Source: Anaerolineae bacterium (GTDB lineage: Bacteria > Chloroflexota > Anaerolineae > UBA1429). Taken from it: a stretch of 64,000 nucleotides of DNA. The stretch lies in assembly GCA_963675785.1 (NCBI GenBank), contig OY776562.1, positions 1,088,001-1,152,000 of the forward strand, written 5' to 3'. Shown piece by piece: positions 56,721 through 64,000 of the stretch. Each line of letters begins with the position of its first letter. Within the stretch, counting starts at the first letter, position 1. Made by a program: the position numbers and the translations under genes. The notes beneath the pieces were generated by a model, which was given only the letters and a program-made list of their open reading frames with translations, was not told the DNA's origin and did no database searches.

Positions 56721-57750
56721 TGCTGCAACCTGGTTGGTATGGGCTTTGGTTGTGCTGATTGTCTCTTCGGCGACACGCAATCCACTTTACATAACAGAAC
56801 TAATCGCTGTTTTGCTAATCGTTGATGCTACCACGGCTCGTTCTGACGATGCCCATGCTTGGATTTCCAGTTGGCGTTTTGCGGCAATTGCTGTGCCTGC
56901 TGCGGCCATCTTTAACGGCCTGACTGTGCACCTGGGCAACACCGTGCTGTTTCGTCTGCCAGATTGGCTGCCTTTGTTGGGCGGCATCGTTACCCTTGAG
57001 GGAATATGTTATGGCGCTCTCAACGGCCTCTTGTTGACCACCATTTTTTTAGGGTTTACCATCATGACCCGCCGCACCTACACCCATGATCTCGTGCGTC
57101 TCATACCTCGTGCGTTTTATCAGCTTGGGGTGGTGCTGGCCATCGCCATGACATATTTGCCGCAGACGCGCCAGAACCTTTCCCGCATTCGCGAGGCTCA
57201 AACCATTCGCGGTCTCAGCTCTACCAAAGTGCGCGATACGGCGCCTATCATAGTGCCCTTGTTGGTGGGGGGGCTAGAGCGTTCCATCGGCCTTTCTGAG
57301 GCGATGATGGCCCGTGGCTATGCCAGCAACGAGGTTGCTAAAACGGCACGTTGGCAACAGGCGTGGCTCATTGCAGCTTTGATCTTCTTACTTGGTGGTT
57401 GGGTTGGCCAGCTTCTGGTGGGAGGCCTATTCTATGTTGTGCTCATGGTCGCTGGAGGTAGCCTTTTCTTGTTGCTTATCTGGCTCAGGGGCCGCTCGGT
57501 GGAGGCCACCCGCTATCGCCAACATCATTTTTCCGCCGTCGATTGGTTCTGTCTGGCAGGGAGCGCCATCGCTCTGGCAGTCGTCACTCTGTTACCAGAG
57601 GCTCAATCTGCTTCACTCTATTACTCGCCCTATCCGATCTTGGCAATGCCCCCTTTCAATGTGTGGCTTGGCATTGGCCTGCTGGGGCTGTCCATCCCCG
57701 CTCTAGTCGCTCCTTGGATAGCGCCAACAGAGGCCCGATATGAAGATTAG
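56713..57750 (+). CDS. ECF transporter T component (CbiQ/EcfT)
   Basis: IREAQTIRG and SEAMMARGY coupling-helix motifs. Confidence 0.9.
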   Translation: MLNAATWLVWALVVLIVSSATRNPLYITELIAVLLIVDATTARSDDAHAWISSWRFAAIAVPAAAIFNGLTVHLGNTVLFRLPDWLPLLGGIVTLEGICYGALNGLLLTTIFLGFTIMTRRTYTHDLVRLIPRAFYQLGVVLAIAMTYLPQTRQNLSRIREAQTIRGLSSTKVRDTAPIIVPLLVGGLERSIGLSEAMMARGYASNEVAKTARWQQAWLIAALIFLLGGWVGQLLVGGLFYVVLMVAGGSLFLLLIWLRGRSVEATRYRQHHFSAVDWFCLAGSAIALAVVTLLPEAQSASLYYSPYPILAMPPFNVWLGIGLLGLSIPALVAPWIAPTEARYED

Positions 57751-59344
57751 TCTGAGCCATGTCACCTACACCTATCCTTCGGCTGCACGCCCGGCCTTGG
57801 TAGATTGCAGCTTGGATATCCCTTCCGGCACGTTTTGTTTGGTTATCGGCCCTTCCGGTGCTGGCAAATCCACCCTTTTGCGCACCCTCAATGGCCTGGT
57901 GCCCCATTTTAGCGGTGGGCGCATCGCCGGTTCTGTCCACGTCGGCGATCACGACCCTTTGCAAGAAGGGCCGCGCGTGCTGGCCCACCACATAGGCTTT
58001 GTCTTTCAAGATCCTGAATCCCAGTGCATCATGGATCGCGTCGAAGATGACATCGCTTTTGTGTTAGAGAATCAGGCTGTTCCTCCCTCGCTCATGCACG
58101 AACGTGTGCAGCATGTGCTTGATCTGTTGAGTGTTGCCCATCTGCGAGATCGCCGCATCGAAACCCTTTCCGGTGGCGAACGTCAGCGTGTGGCTCTGGC
58201 TGCTGCTTTGGTACAAGAGCCAAGTGTGTTAGTGCTAGATGAACCCACATCCCAACTCGATCCCGAGTCCGCTGCTGATGTCCTCGATGCTATAGTCGAG
58301 CTGCATCGCCGTCTGGGGCTCACCGTCATTCTCTCTGAGCATCGCCTGGAGCGCGTGCTCGATTTGGCCGATCAAGTTGTGCTGGTTCATGCCGATGGCA
58401 CGGTCTCTTCGGGTGCTCCCCGTGCCATGCTCAGTCAGGCGGCATCGGTGCCTCCTGTGTTTGATCTGGGTCAGCGTTTGGGTTGGGAGCCCTTGCCGCT
58501 CACCTTGCCCCAGGCCCGAGAGCATTTTGTGGGTAGGCATCTGGCATTAGCTGAAGCACAAATACCCACACAGCCCAAATCGGCGTCTGTTCTTGAGGTG
58601 TGCGGCTTGTACGCTGACTATGGCGGAGAGCCTGTGCTGCAGGGCGCATCTCTACAATTGGCTGCTGGCCAGATCACGGCGCTCATGGGGCGTAACGGCA
58701 CTGGCAAAACCACCTTGCTGCGCTCGATTGTGGGCCTTCACCAGCGCCGCAGTGGCGATATTTCGCTCAATGGGCAATCTATCAACGAACGCCCGGCTAG
58801 TGAGATTTGCCGTGAGATCGGTTATCTTCCCCAACGCCCTGATGATCTCCTCTTTGCCGATACCGTGGCAGAAGAACTGCAAGTGACCCTGCGTAACCAC
58901 GGCTTGACCGAGAGCCCGCCACTGGATTGCGAGGCTCTGCTTGCTTCATTGGGGCTCGAAACGTTAGCTTCGCTCTATCCTCGCGATTTATCAGTGGGGC
59001 AGAGGCAGCGCGTGGCTTTGGCGGCAATCATGGTCACCAAGCCGCAAGTGCTGCTGCTTGATGAGCCAACCCGCGGTCTGGATGCGGCCCTCAAGCGCGC
59101 TTTGCTCTCGCTCTTGCGTCAGTGGTGTCGCGATGGCATCGCCGTGCTCATCTCTACCCACGATGTCGAGCTGGTGGCCGAAGCTGCCGATGCCGTTCTG
59201 TTGCTTGAGGGCGGCCATATTGCCGCGAGCGGTTGCCCAGAGGATGTTTTGCCCCTTCTTGGAGACAACGGTCCCCAGATGGCCCAGTTGCTTCCGGGTG
59301 CGCACTGCGTGACGGTCGATCAGGCTGTGCGTTTGCTCAACTAA
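57740..59344 (+). CDS. ECF transporter fused double ATPase
   Basis: Two Walker A (GPSGAGKST, GRNGTGKTT), LSGGE/LSVGQ, two LDEPT. Confidence 0.95.
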   Translation: MKISLSHVTYTYPSAARPALVDCSLDIPSGTFCLVIGPSGAGKSTLLRTLNGLVPHFSGGRIAGSVHVGDHDPLQEGPRVLAHHIGFVFQDPESQCIMDRVEDDIAFVLENQAVPPSLMHERVQHVLDLLSVAHLRDRRIETLSGGERQRVALAAALVQEPSVLVLDEPTSQLDPESAADVLDAIVELHRRLGLTVILSEHRLERVLDLADQVVLVHADGTVSSGAPRAMLSQAASVPPVFDLGQRLGWEPLPLTLPQAREHFVGRHLALAEAQIPTQPKSASVLEVCGLYADYGGEPVLQGASLQLAAGQITALMGRNGTGKTTLLRSIVGLHQRRSGDISLNGQSINERPASEICREIGYLPQRPDDLLFADTVAEELQVTLRNHGLTESPPLDCEALLASLGLETLASLYPRDLSVGQRQRVALAAIMVTKPQVLLLDEPTRGLDAALKRALLSLLRQWCRDGIAVLISTHDVELVAEAADAVLLLEGGHIAASGCPEDVLPLLGDNGPQMAQLLPGAHCVTVDQAVRLLN

Positions 59345-59414
59345 CCCCTTTCTGAGCCTTGTTTTCCCCTTCTTGCTGTGTTAGCTTTCACTCGGCATAA
59401 CAAGGGAGGTTACT

Positions 59415-60224
59415 GTGAGCGAGGCAAATCCGACGCTTCTCGTTGTTGGTGCGCACCCCGATGATTGCGACTTTTCAACCGGCGGCACCGCTGCCCTCTG
59501 GGCTCGCGCGGGCCGTCAAGTGCATTTCCTTTCCCTGACCAATGGTGACGCAGGCCACCATATCACCTGGGGCTCTGAATTGGCTGCTCGCCGTAAGGCT
59601 GAGGCCGCCCACGCCGCTGCCGTTTTGGGCGTGCATTATGATGTCTGGGATGTCCACGATGGCTATCTCGAAGCGACCATTCCCCTCCGCTTGGAGCTCA
59701 TCCGCGCCATCCATCGCTTGAACCCCGACGTGGTCATCTGTCCCCGCCTGTGGGACTATCACCCCGATCATCGCGCCGCCTCTCAGCTCGTACAGGATGC
59801 TTCTTATTTGCTCATGGTGCCTGCCGTAGCGAACGATGTGCCGCCACTTACTCGCATGCCCATCATCCTCAACTGCTGGGATCATTTTCGTGAGCCCTCT
59901 CCTTTTCGCTGTGATGTCATAGTTGATATCGAATCCGTGCTGAATACCAAGGTCGAGGCTTTGGCCTGTCACGAATCGCAAGTATTCGAGTGGTTGCCCC
60001 ATGTGGATGGTCATGATAACGCCGTTCCCACAGACCGGACTGGGCGCATCGCTATGCTTCGGGCTGTTCTGGAAGCGCGTGCCCATGCCCTCGCTAATGA
60101 TTGTCTTCCCACTGAAAAGCAGGGCTGCTTGCGCTTTGCCGAGGCATTTCAGTTGTCCGAATATGGGCGTCAGGTTTCTTTCGAGGAGTTGGGCGATCTT
60201 TTTGGCCTGGCTGTAAGCCAATAG
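59415..60224 (+). CDS. PIG-L/LmbE family deacetylase
   Basis: AHPDD, DYHPDH, HESQ. Confidence 0.92.
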   Translation: MSEANPTLLVVGAHPDDCDFSTGGTAALWARAGRQVHFLSLTNGDAGHHITWGSELAARRKAEAAHAAAVLGVHYDVWDVHDGYLEATIPLRLELIRAIHRLNPDVVICPRLWDYHPDHRAASQLVQDASYLLMVPAVANDVPPLTRMPIILNCWDHFREPSPFRCDVIVDIESVLNTKVEALACHESQVFEWLPHVDGHDNAVPTDRTGRIAMLRAVLEARAHALANDCLPTEKQGCLRFAEAFQLSEYGRQVSFEELGDLFGLAVSQ

Positions 60225-60257
60225 CCGTGTTTGCAAGAGTGTCTTGGAGGAGGAGAT

Positions 60258-61382
60258 ATGTTTGAGCATCGTGATGCAGAAAAGACGATCTTTCAGGATC
60301 CAGTAACTGGGCGCGAGATCTGGCGGCTGACCAACGGCCCTTTGGATGACCGCCACACTTACTTTGACGTATTCCCTTGGAGCCCGGATGGTCGTCATAT
60401 CGTGTTTTCCTCAGCCCGGCCTGAGGATACGACAGTGCCTCTGGGTGACCTGTTGACTACGCAGCATGGGCAAATCTATTTGATGGACACCGAGACATTC
60501 GCCTTTGAAAAGCTCGCCGATGGTGCCTTTTTCGATACCCATACAGGCTCTTTTACCGCTTGGCATCCCACTGGGCAGGGAGTTTTCTTCCGCTACTCCC
60601 CACGAGAGATCGGCTATGTCGATATCGACACCAAAGAGGTCTCGCGTTTCCCTGGCCAAATGCGCCAAATCAGCCCCGATGGCACCACCTTTGTCTACAC
60701 CGTAACACCACCTGCGCCCATGGCCGAACGCGGCGTCTATCTGATGGACATCGATGGCAGCAATGCCCGCCGTGTCATCACCACCAAAGAAATCTATGAC
60801 CTCACGCCCAATCGCGACCAATTCACCCTAGATGACATCCGCACCGGCAATACCAAGTGGTCTCCAGACGGTGAACACATCTTGCTGACCATCTGGATCA
60901 AGCTGGATTTGCAAGCACGCAAATACAGCGAAAAGGGTATCCGCCGCAGCCTCTACATCTGTGATAAAGATGGCGGCAACCTCCGTTGGCTCTCTTACAC
61001 GGGGCATCACCATTCTTGGCTGCCCGATGGCTCCGGTGTTATGTTCTGCGAATGGCTCGATCCCATCGCCCAGACGGGCCCGCGTGTCTATCTGGTTGAT
61101 TTTGACGGCTGTAACAGGCGCTTGCTTATCGATGATGACCTGGGCGGGCATCCGGGCATGGATCCTACCATGAAGCGCGTGGCCACTTGGGATGAAAAGG
61201 GCGTCATTGTCGTAGATGTGGACGCGCAAAAGCTCGGTTATGTAGCTATATTTGGGCCATCTGGCTTTGATATGAGCCATGAAGGCTGTCATCCACATCC
61301 CATCTGGAGCGCTGATGGCTCACAGCTTTTGTACAACGACGCTCAGTTTGGCCGCAGCCAGCTTTGTCTGATGCCTTTCTAG
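60258..61382 (+). CDS. Beta-propeller protein, oligogalacturonate lyase/TolB-like
   Basis: DPVTGREIWRLT...HTYF...WSPDG N-terminus, HHSW, HPHPIWSADG C-terminus. Confidence 0.72.
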   Translation: MFEHRDAEKTIFQDPVTGREIWRLTNGPLDDRHTYFDVFPWSPDGRHIVFSSARPEDTTVPLGDLLTTQHGQIYLMDTETFAFEKLADGAFFDTHTGSFTAWHPTGQGVFFRYSPREIGYVDIDTKEVSRFPGQMRQISPDGTTFVYTVTPPAPMAERGVYLMDIDGSNARRVITTKEIYDLTPNRDQFTLDDIRTGNTKWSPDGEHILLTIWIKLDLQARKYSEKGIRRSLYICDKDGGNLRWLSYTGHHHSWLPDGSGVMFCEWLDPIAQTGPRVYLVDFDGCNRRLLIDDDLGGHPGMDPTMKRVATWDEKGVIVVDVDAQKLGYVAIFGPSGFDMSHEGCHPHPIWSADGSQLLYNDAQFGRSQLCLMPF

Positions 61383-61572
61383 GTTTTATAGGAAAAGTGG
61401 CTTGTGCAACATGCACGAATATTTGGAAATCTTTATATTTTAGGTTGCTAACCCGGATTATGTTACTTATACTGACGCCGCATCTAGGTCATCTGCACAT
61501 GTGCGAATGGCGGGTGTATCCGGGGGGGAGGATGGCTCCCACTTGTGTGCGCAAATAGAGGAGGATTAGCGC

Positions 61573-63591
61573 ATGAAAGTTTCACGTAGAGAGTTTGTAC
61601 GCGTGTCAGCCCTGGCAGCAGCAGGAACTGTGGCAGCGGCTTGTTCTCAACCAACTGCTACTCCTGCACCAGTGGCGACGACCGCACCGACCACTGCACC
61701 AACTGTTGCCGCAACTGCGACAACTGCCGCCGCTGTTCCACCAACAGCAGTTCCAGAGCCCACAACTGTATTAAGTCTTTACAACGAGGCCCCTGCATTG
61801 GCCGAGTTGGTTGCCAGCGGCGCATTGCCGCCGGTAGAAGATCGTCTCCCAGTGAATCCGCTGATCTTGCAGGTACTGGAAGAGACCGGCCAGTATGGCG
61901 GCATCATTCGCCGTGGTTTCAAGGGTGTCTCGGACGGCACCGGCCCCTGGAAGATGGTTGTGCAGTTCATGGTTTTTTATACCTATGATTTGGCTCTGCG
62001 CCCCAATATTGCCGAATCGTGGGAATCAAACGAAGACGCCAGCGAGTGGACTTTCCATCTTCGCGAGGGTATGAACTGGTCTGATGGTACGCCCTATACT
62101 GCCGACGCCTTTACCTGGTGGTGGGAATATCGTCAGAACAACAAGGATATCCAGACTAGCCCTTCCGTTTGGATGACGACGGGCTCTGAAAAGACGCCTG
62201 CTGTGCTTACTGCACCCGATGACTATACCGTGGTCTTTAGTTTTGCCGACCCCAACCCTTTGTTTATCTACCAGATTGCGCAGTATGAGTGCGGTCTCCC
62301 TGGCCATTATTTGGCCCAGTACCATATGGATCTGACCGACGATCAAGATGCGCTTCAGGCTATGGTGACAGAAAAGGGTTACGAGACCTGGGTGGACGTC
62401 TTCACAGAGAAGGAAACCTTCCGCCTCAACAATGAGTGCCCCACCATCTATGCATGGACCGGCACAGATACCACCTTGCAGGACGAGATCTTTATCCTGG
62501 AGCGGAATCCTTATTTCTGGCAGGTCGATGTCGATGGCAATCAGTTGCCTTATATCGACAAACTTCAACACCGGTTGTTCGAGACCACCGATGTCTTTAA
62601 CATGTGGATCTTGAACGGCGAAATCGACTTTCAGGCACGCCATGTCAGTGTGGCCGACTGGGTGCTGCTCAAAGAAAGCGAAGCTGCGGGTGGCTACAAG
62701 GTGCACTATGCAGCCGACGATGCGACCTGGACGCTCTTCCCGAACCAAACCACGCCCGATCCAGATGTGCGTGCCTTCCTGGATGATAAGAATGTGCGCA
62801 AGGCCCTTTCTTACGCCATGAACCGCGAAGAAATCAACGAGCTGGTGTTTGACGGCCTCTATACGCCGCGTCAGTTCAGCCCGCCATCGGCATCGCCGCA
62901 GTACTATGAGCCTCTGACCAACGCCTATATCGAGTATGACCCCGATATGGCCAACCAATTGCTGGATGAGGCTGGCTACACAGCCAAAGACGCAGAAGGT
63001 TATCGTCTGACATTGGATGGCAGCAAGACGTTGAGCTTTGTCATCGAGTCCTCAGATACTGGTCATGACGACGAGATGGAAATGATGACGACCTACCTGA
63101 CTGCTGTGGGCGTCAAGTGCTCGTACAACATTCCCGAACGTTCGTTGGTTGAGGAGCACTGCTCCAGCAACCAGATCCAGATTCGCTACACTCTGGCCAG
63201 CCGCGCCATGCTGCCGTTGGTAGACCCGGCCTTCTTCCTAGGCCTCGCTATCGACAAATGCTTTGGGGCAGCTTGGAAGCTATGGTACGATGATCCGACC
63301 GGACCTTTGGCTGAAGAGCCGCCTGCGGATGGTTTCGCCAAGGAGATGTGGGCGCTCTGGGAAGAGATCAAGGTCGAGCCGGAAGCAGCGCAGCAGACTG
63401 CCAAGTTCCTGGACATCCTGGATATCGCCCGCGAAGAGCTGCCGTACATCGGCATCGTGGGTGTCGGCCCGGCGCCGATCATTGTGCGCAATGGTTTGCG
63501 CAACCTGCCCATCGATTATCACATGCCTTACTCAAACCCCATCATTCACGATGGCTTTGTACCTCTTGCCACCTACTGGTGGGAAGAATAA
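61573..63591 (+). CDS. ABC transporter substrate-binding protein family 5, Tat-exported lipoprotein
   Basis: SRREFV twin-Arg, AAAC lipobox, PT linker, LPPVEDRLP, LREGMNWSDG, RNPYFWQVD..GNQLPYID. Confidence 0.93.
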   Translation: MKVSRREFVRVSALAAAGTVAAACSQPTATPAPVATTAPTTAPTVAATATTAAAVPPTAVPEPTTVLSLYNEAPALAELVASGALPPVEDRLPVNPLILQVLEETGQYGGIIRRGFKGVSDGTGPWKMVVQFMVFYTYDLALRPNIAESWESNEDASEWTFHLREGMNWSDGTPYTADAFTWWWEYRQNNKDIQTSPSVWMTTGSEKTPAVLTAPDDYTVVFSFADPNPLFIYQIAQYECGLPGHYLAQYHMDLTDDQDALQAMVTEKGYETWVDVFTEKETFRLNNECPTIYAWTGTDTTLQDEIFILERNPYFWQVDVDGNQLPYIDKLQHRLFETTDVFNMWILNGEIDFQARHVSVADWVLLKESEAAGGYKVHYAADDATWTLFPNQTTPDPDVRAFLDDKNVRKALSYAMNREEINELVFDGLYTPRQFSPPSASPQYYEPLTNAYIEYDPDMANQLLDEAGYTAKDAEGYRLTLDGSKTLSFVIESSDTGHDDEMEMMTTYLTAVGVKCSYNIPERSLVEEHCSSNQIQIRYTLASRAMLPLVDPAFFLGLAIDKCFGAAWKLWYDDPTGPLAEEPPADGFAKEMWALWEEIKVEPEAAQQTAKFLDILDIAREELPYIGIVGVGPAPIIVRNGLRNLPIDYHMPYSNPIIHDGFVPLATYWWEE

Positions 63592-63617
63592 GCCAAGCAC
63601 GGCTGCTCGTTTCAACA

Positions 63618-63657
63618 AGAGGGAGATGGTCAACGACCATCTCCCTCTCTTTTGTTT
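63618..63657 (+). terminator. Intrinsic terminator
   Basis: AGAGGGAGATGGTC-AAC-GACCATCTCCCTCT followed by CTTTTGTTT. Confidence 0.8.
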
Positions 63658-63850
63658 GCCTTTTTTCACAGAAAACACATGGCACAGGAGTGAGGAGCGT
63701 ACTATACTAAAATCGTTGGTTAAAAAGATGGGGCACTGGTAGAGTTAGTAGAGTGCACGAAGAGCATAGTGGTTTTGTGACATGCAATTAAAACGCGCGC
63801 GCGTTTTGCGCACCATACGTGTGGTAGCAAAATCTGGGAGGAATGATCGG

Positions 63851-64000
63851 ATGAGCATAACATTTTCTTGGCCTGAAGAATCGGAGCGAAGCAAGGATGC
63901 GCTAAAGCGTCCGGATGGCGTCGATCAGTTCAGGGTACTCCCCGGTCAAGAGGTAGACTTGGATGAATACCCGACTCGCTACGAGGGAGAGATTACCAAG
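63851..64000 (+). CDS. Partial CDS (N-terminus), possibly polyphosphate kinase 2 family
   Basis: GGAGG RBS; MSITFSWPEESERSKDALKRPDGVDQFRVLPGQEVDLDEYPTRYEGEITK is open to the window edge. FRVxPGxxVxLxxY resembles PPK2 N-termini; catalytic motifs are not visible. Confidence 0.5.
   Translation, partial: MSITFSWPEESERSKDALKRPDGVDQFRVLPGQEVDLDEYPTRYEGEITK

Overview
A gene-dense stretch of chromosome with about 58 CDS. It is probably from an anaerobic, sugar-fermenting Chloroflexota (Anaerolineae-like) bacterium; this is inferred from Pro/Thr-rich linkers, a Tat-lipoprotein family-5 binding protein and 'xPLI/V-x-R'-like C-termini. I found no rRNA, tRNA, CRISPR array, transposase or integrase. Main content: leuS; a glycyl-radical enzyme/IclR/activase operon; a LasA-like M23 multidomain lipoprotein; two tandem membrane/PAS proteins that end in a 4-Cys module and have no catalytic output domain; GH2 and GH4 glycosidases; a NarL-type two-component system upstream of a radical SAM enzyme; a kinase/divergent class II aldolase/isomerase sugar operon; a peroxiredoxin with a Crp/Fnr regulator; duplicated nitroreductases; an AT-richer MerR/aldo-keto reductase block containing a nonsense-interrupted gene; PadR with two DUF5320 genes; and a cobalamin riboswitch controlling an ECF transporter. 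The strongest candidate for an under-described system is that B12 operon, where two secreted proteins together resemble a split transcobalamin (alpha-barrel plus beta domain). Next are the glycyl-radical enzyme with a non-canonical Cys loop, the output-less sensor pair and the sugar operon with an altered aldolase. All functional calls come from motif recognition by eye; no database search was run.
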